A stretch of 64,000 nucleotides of DNA from Paracoccaceae bacterium (GCA_003567315.1 PWZT01000088.1:25610-89609), one strand, 5' to 3'; positions 20,601 to 29,605 are shown, numbered from the stretch's first letter. Notes: a model not told the origin generated them from the letters alone. Made by a program: numbers and translations.

Positions 20601-20629
20601 TGGACGCGCGGGCAGCACGCTCCTATAAG
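20601..20629 (+). promoter_or_regulatory. Candidate sigma70 promoter of the ileS leader
   Basis: TGGACG (20601-20606), 17-nt spacer, TATAAG (20624-20629); predicted +1 at or near the uORF ATG at 20637. Confidence 0.6.
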
Positions 20630-20636
20630 GCGGCGC

Positions 20637-20684
20637 ATGTCACGGATATCGATCATTCAGCGAATTAGCGGCCCGGCACTCTGA
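20637..20684 (+). CDS. Putative Ile-rich leader peptide MSRISIIQRISGPAL (15 aa)
   Basis: ATG TCA CGG ATA TCG ATC ATT CAG CGA ATT AGC GGC CCG GCA CTC TGA; four Ile codons directly upstream of ileS. Confidence 0.65.
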   Translation: MSRISIIQRISGPAL

Positions 20685-20704
20685 CGCGCCCGGAGTGCCG
20701 GGCC
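20670..20704 (+). promoter_or_regulatory. Perfect 12-bp GC-rich hairpin in the ileS leader, no U-tract
   Basis: GGCCCGGCACTC (20670-20681) / GAGTGCCGGGCC (20693-20704). Confidence 0.7.
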
Positions 20705-20750
20705 AGCCTTGGCGCCCGCCATCCAGAAATATCGCATGAGTGACAGACAC

Positions 20751-23669
20751 ATGACCGACACGATCGACTACAAAGACACGCTTTCCCTGCCCGAAACCGA
20801 CTTCCCGATGCGCGCAGGCTTGCCCGCGCGCGAGCCCGAATGGCTTGCGCGATGGGAGCGGCTGGGCATCTATGACCGACTGCGCGCGCAGGCCGAGGGC
20901 CGCAAGCCCTTCATCCTCCATGACGGCCCTCCTTACGCCAATGGCCATCTCCATATCGGCCACGCGCTCAACAAGGTGCTGAAGGATTTCATCACCCGCT
21001 CGCAGCAGATGCTGGGGCGCGATGCGCGCTACGTGCCGGGCTGGGATTGCCACGGCTTGCCCATCGAGTGGAAGATCGAAGAGCAATACCGGGCCAAGGG
21101 GCTCGACAAGGACAAGGTCGATATCGTTGATTTCCGTCAGGAATGCCGCCGTTTCGCCGAAGGCTGGATCGATGTGCAGCGCGACGAATTCAAGCGGCTG
21201 GGCATCACCGGCAAATGGGACGATCCTTATCTGACCATGGATTACCACGCCGAAGCCGTCATCGCCGATGAGTTCATGAAGCTTCTGATGAACGGCTCGC
21301 TCTATCAGGGGTCGAAGCCTGTCATGTGGTCGCCAGTGGAAAAGACCGCTCTGGCCGAGGCTGAGGTCGAATACCACGACCATACCTCTCACACCATATG
21401 GGTGAAGTTTCCCGTCACGGAGTTTGGGGACGCTGCGTCCGATCTGAGTATTTTCGGCAAGACGAAGCCCGTATCGGTGGTGATCTGGACTACGACGCCT
21501 TGGACAATTCCACAGAACCGGGCAGTCTGTTTCGGACCTGAGATTTCTTACGGGCTTTATGAAGTGACCGAAGTGATGGAAGGGGGTAAGGAAGAGCCGG
21601 GGGCACTGATCATTTTGGCTGACGCATTGGCGGAAAGCGCTTTGAATGCGGCGAAGGTGAAGGCCGAGCGCAAGCAGGACATAGCCCCCAAAGCGCTCGG
21701 CGCGCTGGTGCTGTCACATCCATTCCGCAGCGTCGAAGGCGCGCAAGGCGAATGGGATTTCGATGTTCCCATGCTCCCCGGCGATCATGTCACCGACGAG
21801 GCCGGGACCGGTTTCGTCCATACCGCCCCCAGCCATGGCGATGACGACTATCAGATCGGGCTTAAGCACGGCCTGCCCATGACCTATAATGTGCTCGAAG
21901 ATGGCAGCTACCGTGCTGACCTTCCACTCTTCGGGGGCGAGGTGATCGTCAAGCCCGATGGCAAGGAGGGCGGCGCCAATGTCGCGGTCATCAAGCAACT
22001 GGCCTATGCAGGCGCGCTGTTCGCAAAAGGCAAGATGCGCCATTCCTACCCGCATAGCTGGCGCTCGAAAGCGCCGCTGATCTATCGCAACACCGCGCAA
22101 TGGTTCGCCGCCATCGACAAGCCGCTCGAGGACGGGATGGGCACACATGGCGACACCATCCGAGCCCGCGCGCTCGAATCCATCGACAATCTTGTGACAT
22201 GGACCCCCCGGACCGGGCGCAACCGGCTTTATTCCATGATCGAGGCGCGGCCTGACTGGGTGCTCTCGCGCCAGCGCGCCTGGGGCGTGCCGCTGACCTG
22301 TTTCGTGAAAAAAGGCGCAAAGCCGACCGATCCCGATTTCCTGCTTCGCGACCCGGAAGTGAATGCCCGCATCGTCGCCGCTTTCGAAAAAGACGGCGCT
22401 GATGTCTGGTATGTGCAAGGATTTAAGGAACGTGTCCTTGAAAACCTTCACGATCCTGATGCTTATGATCAGATTTTTGACATTCTGGATGTCTGGTTCG
22501 ACTCCGGTTCGACCCATGCCTTCGTGCTCCGCGACCGTGAAGACGGCAGTCCTGACGGAATTGCCGATCTCTATCTCGAAGGCACCGACCAGCATCGCGG
22601 CTGGTTCCATTCCTCGATGCTGCAAGCCTGCGCCACCAAGGGCCGCGCGCCCTATCACGGGGTGCTGACGCATGGCTTCACGCTGGACGAAAAGGGCATG
22701 AAGATGTCCAAATCGCTCGGCAATACCATCGCGCCGCAAGAGGTGATTGACCAATATGGCGCCGATATCCTGCGGCTCTGGGTCGCGCAATCCGACTACA
22801 CGGTCGATCTGCGCATCGGCAAGGAAATCCTCAAGGGCGTCGCCGATAGCTACCGGCGGCTGCGCAACACCATGCGCTTCATGCTGGGCAATCTCGCAGG
22901 TTTCACGGAAGAAGAGCGCGTGGCGCCAGAGGATATGCCGGAGTTGGAGCAATGGGTTCTGCACCGTCTGGCGCAGCTCGATGCGCAGGTGCGCAAGGGC
23001 TACGCGGCCTACGACTTTCAGGGCGTTTTCCGCGAGTTGTTCGCTTTTGCGACATCGGATCTCTCGGCATTCTATTTCGACATCCGCAAGGATGCGCTCT
23101 ATTGTGATACACCCTCATCGCTGCGTTGGCGGGCTGCGCGGACTGTGCTGGACATCCTTTTCCACCGACTGACAACCTGGCTCGCGCCAGTGCTGGTATT
23201 CACGATGGAAGATGTCTGGCTCTCGCGCTTTCCCGGCGAGGGCTCTTCGGTGCATCTGCAGGACTTCCCCGATACGCCAGCGGATTGGCTCAATGAACCA
23301 CTGGCGCAGAAATGGGCGGGCATCCGGCAGGCGCGGCGGGTGGTAACGGCCGCGCTCGAAATTCAGCGCCGCGACAAGGAAATCGGCGCGTCACTGGAGG
23401 CCGCGCCGGTGGTCCATGTGCGCGATGCCGAGATCATGACCGCGCTGAAATCCGTCGATTTCGCGGATGTCTGCATCACTTCGGGCATGGTTCTGACTGC
23501 TGACCCGGTTCCGGCCGAAGCTTTCCGCCTGCCGGAAGTGCAGGGCATCGGCGTGATTTTCGAGCGCGCCGAGGGGCAGAAATGCCAGCGCTGCTGGAAG
23601 ATCAGCGCGGATGTCGGCAGCCATAGCCATCCGGGCACATGTGCACGTTGTAACGAGGCGCTTGGGTGA
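20751..23669 (+). CDS. ileS: Isoleucine-tRNA ligase (type 1)
   Basis: DGPPYANGHLHIGH, PGWDCHGLP, WTTTPWT, GTGFVHTAPSHG, KMSKS, C-terminal CQRC...CARC zinc site; alternative in-frame ATG at 20736. Confidence 0.98.
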   Translation: MTDTIDYKDTLSLPETDFPMRAGLPAREPEWLARWERLGIYDRLRAQAEGRKPFILHDGPPYANGHLHIGHALNKVLKDFITRSQQMLGRDARYVPGWDCHGLPIEWKIEEQYRAKGLDKDKVDIVDFRQECRRFAEGWIDVQRDEFKRLGITGKWDDPYLTMDYHAEAVIADEFMKLLMNGSLYQGSKPVMWSPVEKTALAEAEVEYHDHTSHTIWVKFPVTEFGDAASDLSIFGKTKPVSVVIWTTTPWTIPQNRAVCFGPEISYGLYEVTEVMEGGKEEPGALIILADALAESALNAAKVKAERKQDIAPKALGALVLSHPFRSVEGAQGEWDFDVPMLPGDHVTDEAGTGFVHTAPSHGDDDYQIGLKHGLPMTYNVLEDGSYRADLPLFGGEVIVKPDGKEGGANVAVIKQLAYAGALFAKGKMRHSYPHSWRSKAPLIYRNTAQWFAAIDKPLEDGMGTHGDTIRARALESIDNLVTWTPRTGRNRLYSMIEARPDWVLSRQRAWGVPLTCFVKKGAKPTDPDFLLRDPEVNARIVAAFEKDGADVWYVQGFKERVLENLHDPDAYDQIFDILDVWFDSGSTHAFVLRDREDGSPDGIADLYLEGTDQHRGWFHSSMLQACATKGRAPYHGVLTHGFTLDEKGMKMSKSLGNTIAPQEVIDQYGADILRLWVAQSDYTVDLRIGKEILKGVADSYRRLRNTMRFMLGNLAGFTEEERVAPEDMPELEQWVLHRLAQLDAQVRKGYAAYDFQGVFRELFAFATSDLSAFYFDIRKDALYCDTPSSLRWRAARTVLDILFHRLTTWLAPVLVFTMEDVWLSRFPGEGSSVHLQDFPDTPADWLNEPLAQKWAGIRQARRVVTAALEIQRRDKEIGASLEAAPVVHVRDAEIMTALKSVDFADVCITSGMVLTADPVPAEAFRLPEVQGIGVIFERAEGQKCQRCWKISADVGSHSHPGTCARCNEALG

Positions 23670-23881
23670 AGCTGCGTATTCTCACAGGTCTTCTGATGGG
23701 CACGATGATGTCGGTTGTGATTTCCGGCATCATCACCTTCATCAATACAGGCATGGATGCCGGCTTTCCGCTGCGCTGGGCGCGGGCCTGGTTCGTCGCC
23801 TGGTGCATCGCAGTGCCAATGGCCATTGTCTTGTCCCCGATTGCGCGCGCATGGGCCGAACGCCTGACGACACCGAAATAA
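23666..23881 (+). CDS. DUF2798-like small membrane protein
   Basis: MSVVISGIITFINTG..FPLRWARAWFVAWCIAVP; GTGA overlap with the ileS stop. Confidence 0.75.
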   Translation: MKLRILTGLLMGTMMSVVISGIITFINTGMDAGFPLRWARAWFVAWCIAVPMAIVLSPIARAWAERLTTPK

Positions 23882-24126
23882 GGGCCGCGCTGATGGCCCT
23901 GGCTACCGCGCGCGGGGCGGGCAAGAGCTTTTGCCCGTCCGAGGTCGCACGCGGACTTGCAACGGAGTGGCGCCCGTTGATGCCCGAGATCCGACGTGTC
24001 GCCGCAGGGCTTCAGGCCGAGGGCGCGTTGGTCGCCACGCAGAAGGGCCGTCCGGTTGAGGTGAGAGTTGCGCGCGGGCCGATCCGTCTCGCGCTGGCCT
24101 CTGGACAGATCGGGCCGCGCCGCTAG
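23851..24126 (+). CDS. DUF3253-like small protein
   Basis: RGAGKSFCPSEVAR..WRPLMPEIRRVA..ATQKG..RGPIRL. Confidence 0.75.
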   Translation: MGRTPDDTEIRAALMALATARGAGKSFCPSEVARGLATEWRPLMPEIRRVAAGLQAEGALVATQKGRPVEVRVARGPIRLALASGQIGPRR

Positions 24127-24152
24127 CTCTCCGGTCTCAGACAGGAGAGCGT

Positions 24153-24818
24153 ATGAAACGAGCATTGGTGATCGGATCGTCCGGCGGGATCGGAAGCGCA
24201 TTGAGCGAAGCCCTGAGCGAGCAGGGCTGGCAGGTGACAGGGCTGTCACGGTCTCACAACGGGCTTGATGTCACGAGCGAAGCGTCAGTGGCCGAACATC
24301 TCGACAGCCTCGAAGGCCCTTTCCAGCGCATCCTGATCGCCACAGGCGCGCTCGAGATCAACGGCCACACGCCCGAAAAGGCGCTCAAGCACCTCTCGGC
24401 GGATGCGCTGGGTGCTCAATTCGCGCTCAACACCATCGGGCCTGCGCTGGTGATGAAACATGCGCTGCGGCTGCTGCCGCGCGATGAGCCCTCGGTCATG
24501 GCAGCGCTGTCGGCACGCGTGGGTTCGATCGGCGACAACAGGGCAGGGGGGTGGCACAGCTACCGCGCCTCCAAGGCGGCACTGAACCAGATCATCCGCG
24601 GCGCGGCCATCGAGATTGGGCGCACGCATCGCGAAGCGGTGTGTGTGGCGCTGCACCCTGGCACGGTCGCCACGAAATTCACGGAGAAATACCTTGGGCG
24701 TCATCCAGCAGTTCCGCCTGCGGAAGCCGCGCAGAATCTCTTGCAGGTGATCGACTCGCTGACGCCAGAGCAAAGTGGGGCGTTTTTCGATTGGGCCGGG
24801 AAACCTGTGCCATGGTAA
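24153..24818 (+). CDS. SDR oxidoreductase, CsgA/C-factor-like
   Basis: VIGSSGGIG, ALSARVGSIGDNRAGGWHSYRASKAALNQ, LHPGTV. Confidence 0.9.
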   Translation: MKRALVIGSSGGIGSALSEALSEQGWQVTGLSRSHNGLDVTSEASVAEHLDSLEGPFQRILIATGALEINGHTPEKALKHLSADALGAQFALNTIGPALVMKHALRLLPRDEPSVMAALSARVGSIGDNRAGGWHSYRASKAALNQIIRGAAIEIGRTHREAVCVALHPGTVATKFTEKYLGRHPAVPPAEAAQNLLQVIDSLTPEQSGAFFDWAGKPVPW

Positions 24819-26338
24819 AACTAGCTCTGGTGCTGGGCGACCAGTTGAGCGCCGATATTGCTGCGCTCCAGGCAGCAGATAAGCAAACCGATGTGGTCGT
24901 GATGGCCGAGGTCGCGGCGGAAGCCGAATATGTGCCGCATCACCCCAAGAAGATCGCCTTCCTTTTTACGGCCATGCGCAAATTCGCTGCGCAGTTGCGC
25001 GACAAGGGATGGAAGGTCGCCTATACCAGCTTGGATGACCCTGACAATTCTGGCTCAATCTCTGGCGAATTGCTGCGCCGCACGGAAGAATTTGAAGCAT
25101 CGGCTGTGCTGGCGACAGAACCCGGCGAATGGCGTCTAATCCATGAATTGCAGGACTTGCCGCTTGATGTGACGCTTTTGCCCGATGACCGGTTTATCTG
25201 TTCGCACGGGGAATTCGAAGACTGGGCCGAGGGGCGCAAATCGCTGCGGATGGAGTATTTCTACCGCGAGATGCGTCGCAAGACCGGGCTGTTGATGGAG
25301 GGTGACAAACCTGCAGGCGGGAAGTGGAATTTCGATCACGACAACCGCAAGCCTGCCACGGATGATCTCTTTCGCAAGGGGCCGCCCAAGGCGCAGGGCG
25401 ATCCTGTTCTCGAGGAAGTTCTGGAGCTTGTGGAAAAGCGCTTTTCCGACAATTTCGGCGCATTGCGCCCGTTTCACTTCCAGACCGATAGGGCCGGGGC
25501 GTTGCGCGCGCTCGATCATTTCATCGAACACGCGCTGCCGGATTTCGGGACCTATCAGGACGCGATGCTGCAGGACGATCCGTATCTCTATCACGCTGTC
25601 ATTGGGCTATATCTGAATGCGGGGTTGCTGGGGCCGTTCGAGGTATGCAACAGGGCCGAGGAAGCGTATCACTCGGGCCATGCGCCGCTCAATTCGGTGG
25701 AAGGCTTCATTCGCCAGATCATCGGCTGGCGCGAGTTCGTGCGCGGCATCTATTTTCTGGAAGGCCCTGAGTATCCACGCCGCAATGCGCTCAACCACCA
25801 GCGTAAACTCCCGGCATTCTACTGGGGTGCTGAAACGCGCATGAATTGTATCGCGCAAGCTGTTGGTCAGACACACGATCTTGCCTATGCGCATCATATC
25901 CAGCGGCTTATGGTGACGGGAAATTTCGCACTGCTGGCCGGGGTCAATCCGGCCGAGGTGCATGAATGGTACCTTGCAGTCTATGCCGATGCATATGAAT
26001 GGGTCGAGGCCCCCAACACCGTGGGCATGTCACAATTCGCCGATGGCGGGATACTGGGCTCGAAACCTTATGTCAGTTCCGGGGCCTATATCGACCGCAT
26101 GTCGGATTACTGCAAATCCTGTCATTACAAGGTGAAGGACAAGACTGGCGAGAAGGCGTGCCCGTTCAATCTGCTTTACTGGCACTTCCTGATCCGCCAC
26201 CGTGCGCGGTTCGAAGGCAATCCACGCATGGCGCAGATGTATCGAACCTTCGACCGGATGGACAAATCCCGGCGCGAGATAGTTCTGGCGGAGGCTGATG
26301 CATTTCTGGACAGGCTTTCCCGCGGGACACTCGTCTGA
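24812..26338 (+). CDS. Fe-S bacterial cryptochrome/(6-4) photolyase (CryB/PhrB family)
   Basis: LVLGDQL, HHPKKI, RMEYFYREMR, WNFDHDNRK, RQIIGWREF, HHIQRLM; Cys in MNC, YCKSC, ACPF. Confidence 0.9.
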   Translation: MVKLALVLGDQLSADIAALQAADKQTDVVVMAEVAAEAEYVPHHPKKIAFLFTAMRKFAAQLRDKGWKVAYTSLDDPDNSGSISGELLRRTEEFEASAVLATEPGEWRLIHELQDLPLDVTLLPDDRFICSHGEFEDWAEGRKSLRMEYFYREMRRKTGLLMEGDKPAGGKWNFDHDNRKPATDDLFRKGPPKAQGDPVLEEVLELVEKRFSDNFGALRPFHFQTDRAGALRALDHFIEHALPDFGTYQDAMLQDDPYLYHAVIGLYLNAGLLGPFEVCNRAEEAYHSGHAPLNSVEGFIRQIIGWREFVRGIYFLEGPEYPRRNALNHQRKLPAFYWGAETRMNCIAQAVGQTHDLAYAHHIQRLMVTGNFALLAGVNPAEVHEWYLAVYADAYEWVEAPNTVGMSQFADGGILGSKPYVSSGAYIDRMSDYCKSCHYKVKDKTGEKACPFNLLYWHFLIRHRARFEGNPRMAQMYRTFDRMDKSRREIVLAEADAFLDRLSRGTLV

Positions 26339-26377
26339 TGTAGGGCTCTTGCCCAAGCGCGATGGCTCGCCTATCCA

Positions 26378-27487
26378 GTGAAAATGACTTCGCCGCGCTA
26401 CACTGACATTGTTGCCAACCTCCCTGCCACAGTGCCCTTTGTCGGGCCAGAGGCGCATATGCGCGCATCGGGGCGCGCCTTTCGCGCGCGGCTTGGCGCG
26501 AATGAAAGCGTGTTCGGGCCATCGCCCAAGGCGCAGGCGGCGATGCAGGAGGCTGTGGGCGAGCTTTGGATGTATGGCGATTCCGAATGCCATGACTTGC
26601 GCCTCGCACTTGCCGAACATCACGGCATCGCGCCCGAGAACATCCTCGTGGGCGAGGGGATTGATGGTCTGCTCGGCAATCTCGTCCGGCTGGTCGTTGG
26701 CCCGGGCGATGCTGTCGTGACCTCGGATGGGGCCTATCCGACTTTCAACTACCATGTTGCGGGCTTTGGTGGCGTTCTGCACAAGGTGCCTTACCGCGAT
26801 GATCATGAAGACCCGGCAGCGCTTCTGGAGCGCGCTGAAGCGGTTTCGGCGAAGCTTCTGTATTTCTGCAATCCTGACAATCCGATGGGAAGCTGGCATT
26901 CCGCGCGCATCGTCCAGCGGATGATGGACGCAGTTCCCGAGGGTACGCTGCTGGTTGTCGATGAAGCCTATATCGACGCGGCCCCCGAGGGGACGGCGCC
27001 ACCCATAGACCCGGATAATCCGCAGGTCATTCGGATGCGGACATTTTCCAAGCTCTACGGCCTTGCGGGCTTGCGGGTCGGTTACGCCATCGCCGCAGCG
27101 CCGCTGATCGCCATGTTCGACCGGATTCGCAATCATTTCGGTATGGGCAGGCTTGCCCAGATCGGTGCGCTGGCGGCGTTGCAGGATCAGGCGTGGTTGG
27201 AGCATGTGCACGGTGAGGTGAGTGCGGCCCGAGCGCGCCTTGCGCAGATCGCGGCTGACAATGGCCTGCATGCGCTGCCATCAGCGACCAATTTCGTCAC
27301 GATGGATTGTGGCCGCGACGGCGCCTTTGCGCGGCGGTTGGTCGCGGCGCTGATGGCGCGCGATGTCTTCGTACGCATGCCTTTCGTCGCGCCGCATGAT
27401 CGCTGCATCCGCGTCAGTGCCGGCACCGCGCAGGACTGCGAGATTTTCGCACAGGCCGTGCGCGACGCGTTGAAGGGTATCGACTGA
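26378..27487 (+). CDS. PLP-dependent aminotransferase class I/II (HisC-like)
   Basis: LGANES, CNPDNPMG, VDEAY, RTFSKLYGLAGLRVGY. Confidence 0.88.
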   Translation: MKMTSPRYTDIVANLPATVPFVGPEAHMRASGRAFRARLGANESVFGPSPKAQAAMQEAVGELWMYGDSECHDLRLALAEHHGIAPENILVGEGIDGLLGNLVRLVVGPGDAVVTSDGAYPTFNYHVAGFGGVLHKVPYRDDHEDPAALLERAEAVSAKLLYFCNPDNPMGSWHSARIVQRMMDAVPEGTLLVVDEAYIDAAPEGTAPPIDPDNPQVIRMRTFSKLYGLAGLRVGYAIAAAPLIAMFDRIRNHFGMGRLAQIGALAALQDQAWLEHVHGEVSAARARLAQIAADNGLHALPSATNFVTMDCGRDGAFARRLVAALMARDVFVRMPFVAPHDRCIRVSAGTAQDCEIFAQAVRDALKGID

Positions 27488-27692
27488 CGCGAGGTGAGGG
27501 CGGTGCCAAGAAGCTTGCGTTCATTCCGGTGCGTCCGCGCGTTGACGTGGTGTGACGTAAGTGGAGGAAGGTAGAGACACCCGGCCCACTCCTCCCCGGC
27601 CTTTACCACTTGGTAACGCTGTTGCTGATTCCTTCTGCTCTCAGAGAAATGGACAGCACTTGCGTCGGAAATTTATGCACTTTGCCGTCGCT

Positions 27693-27709
27693 TGCCTGAA
27701 TATTCAGCA
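27693..27709. promoter_or_regulatory. Palindromic TGC-N11-GCA site (NtrC-like)
   Basis: TGCCTGAATATTCAGCA containing the perfect palindrome CTGAATATTCAG, about 90 bp before the ABC operon. Confidence 0.4.
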
Positions 27710-27795
27710 TCGGCCCGAGCGACCTAGCGTGCGCCACGCCATGATCTTTTGTTCGCGGGGGCTGTCAGAGAACATCGGCATGTCTAAACCAGAGG

Positions 27796-28794
27796 ATGTC
27801 ACAGATGCGTCTGCCCTTTCTTGCAAGTTCCGCCGTTCTGGCCCTGTCCACCCAAGCTTCCGCCCTGACCGAAGTGACCTTCGGCACCAACTGGCTGCCG
27901 CAGGCCGAACATGGCGGTTTCTATCAATCCGTCGCCGATGGAACCTATGCCGAATGTGGGCTGGATGTGACCATCATCCCCGGTGGACCACAAGTGAACA
28001 ATCGCGCTCTCTTGATGGCCGATCGTATCCAGTTCCATATGGGCGGTGATCTGTTACAGGCCTTCAACGCGGTCGCCGAGGACATCCCTGTGGTTGCTGT
28101 GATGGCCTCTTTCCAGCGTCACCCGCAGGTCATTATCTCACACCCTGGAGAGGCCGATACATGGGAAGAGCTTAAGGATCTGACGCTCTTCATCGGGGAT
28201 AACGGTTATACCTCCTACTACCAGTGGATGATCTCGGAGCATGGCTTCACCTCCGAGCAACGGCAACCCTACACATTTAATCCGGCCCCGTTCCTCGCCA
28301 ATCCCCGGTCCGGGATGCAGGGCTTCCTGTCTTCCGAGCCCTACGCCATCCAGAGTGAGGCCGGGTTTGAACCCAATGTCTTCCTGATCGCCGATGCGGG
28401 CTATTCCACCTATGCCACCACGGTCGAGGTCATGCAGTCCACCATCGACACCAACCCCGAGGCGGTGGAGTGTTTCGTCAACGGCTCGATCCTGGGTTGG
28501 TATAACTTCCTCTATGGCGACAACGAGGATGCAATCCAGATGATCCTTGATGCCAATGAGGACATGACCCGCGATCGGATCGATTTCGCCATCGACATGA
28601 TGATCGATTTCGGCATCGTGGACAGTGACTCCGCGCTCGAACTCGGGATCGGGGCCATGACTGAAGAAGAGGTGGAAGCCTTTTACACCTCAATGGTCGA
28701 GGCCGGCGTGGTCGAGGCAGGACTCGACTGGACCCCTGCCGTGAATTTTGACTTCGTAAATCAGGGTCTCGGGATGGAGCTGCGCCCCGAATAA
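27796..28794 (+). CDS. ABC transporter substrate-binding protein, NMT1/THI5-like
   Basis: Signal peptide; TNWLPQAEHGGFYQ, PGGPQVN, QGFLSSEPY. Confidence 0.85.
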   Translation: MSQMRLPFLASSAVLALSTQASALTEVTFGTNWLPQAEHGGFYQSVADGTYAECGLDVTIIPGGPQVNNRALLMADRIQFHMGGDLLQAFNAVAEDIPVVAVMASFQRHPQVIISHPGEADTWEELKDLTLFIGDNGYTSYYQWMISEHGFTSEQRQPYTFNPAPFLANPRSGMQGFLSSEPYAIQSEAGFEPNVFLIADAGYSTYATTVEVMQSTIDTNPEAVECFVNGSILGWYNFLYGDNEDAIQMILDANEDMTRDRIDFAIDMMIDFGIVDSDSALELGIGAMTEEEVEAFYTSMVEAGVVEAGLDWTPAVNFDFVNQGLGMELRPE

Positions 28795-28825
28795 GGGTAC
28801 TGCGCTGCCGCAAAAGGGGGATTTC

Positions 28826-29605
28826 ATGACACCTGCGCCGATGGGCCAGAGATCGCGCGTTCTGGACATGACCCGCGTGACCAAGACCTTCAATGGCGAT
28901 GTGGTCGCGCTGCGGGACATGGATTTGTCGGTCAATAGCGGAGATTTCATTTCACTGCTGGGCCCGTCGGGCTGTGGCAAATCCACGGCCCTGCGGTTGA
29001 TCGCGGGGCTGTCGAACACCAGCGCCGGGCGCATCACCTGGGCCGGGGGGCAGTCGGAAAACGATCTGGGCGTGGTTTTTCAGGAGCCCACGCTCATGCC
29101 CTGGGCGACCGTGGCGCAGAATGTCTGGTTGCCTTTCCGGCTGAAGGGGCAGAGCTATGCTTCGGTCAAGGACGAGATCCTTGAGGCGCTGCGGCTGGTC
29201 GGGCTGGAGAATTTTCTGGAGTCCTATCCGCGGGAATTGTCCGGGGGCATGAAGATGCGCGTCTCCATCGCCCGCGCGATGGTGACAAAGCCGCGGCTGA
29301 TCCTGATGGATGAACCATTCGCTGCGCTCGATGAGATCACGCGCTTTCGCCTGAACAACGATCTGCTAACGCTCAAGGCACGGATCGGTTGCACGGTGAT
29401 CTTTGTGACGCATTCGGTGTTTGAGTCGGTATTTCTGTCTGACCGAATTGTCGTTATGGCGGCCCGGCCAGGCCGGGTGATCCGCGAGGTGCATGTGGAC
29501 GCGCCCTATCCGCGGTCCGAGGAATTCCGCACCTCCGCCGAGTATGCCGCGCTTTGCCGCGAGGCCTCGGACGCGTTGCGTGAGGCGATGGGAGAGATTG
29601 CATGA
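28826..29605 (+). CDS. ABC ATP-binding protein (TauB/SsuB/NitT type)
   Basis: GPSGCGKST, VVFQEPTLMPW, LSGGMKMRV, LMDEPF, FVTHS. Confidence 0.93.
   Translation: MTPAPMGQRSRVLDMTRVTKTFNGDVVALRDMDLSVNSGDFISLLGPSGCGKSTALRLIAGLSNTSAGRITWAGGQSENDLGVVFQEPTLMPWATVAQNVWLPFRLKGQSYASVKDEILEALRLVGLENFLESYPRELSGGMKMRVSIARAMVTKPRLILMDEPFAALDEITRFRLNNDLLTLKARIGCTVIFVTHSVFESVFLSDRIVVMAARPGRVIREVHVDAPYPRSEEFRTSAEYAALCREASDALREAMGEIA

Noticed and set aside
20464-20750. T-box riboswitch upstream of ileS
   Set aside because: No T-box consensus (AGGGTGGNACCGCG), no terminator/antiterminator pair, and the leader is too short.
27584-27604. Cuckoo/CcsR-type sRNA (CTCCTCCC loop in a GGCC stem)
   Set aside because: Only one imperfect motif with a 4-bp stem; the family has multiple motif-bearing hairpins.
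27650-27664. Sigma54 promoter TGGACAGCACTTGCG
   Set aside because: The GG-to-GC spacing is one base short of the strict -24/-12 geometry.
27488-27795. TPP or other riboswitch before the NMT1-type ABC operon; tRNA pseudogene
   Set aside because: No TPP core (CTGAGA...ACCTGA) was recognisable, and similarity to tRNA-Gln beyond about 14 nt is not convincing.
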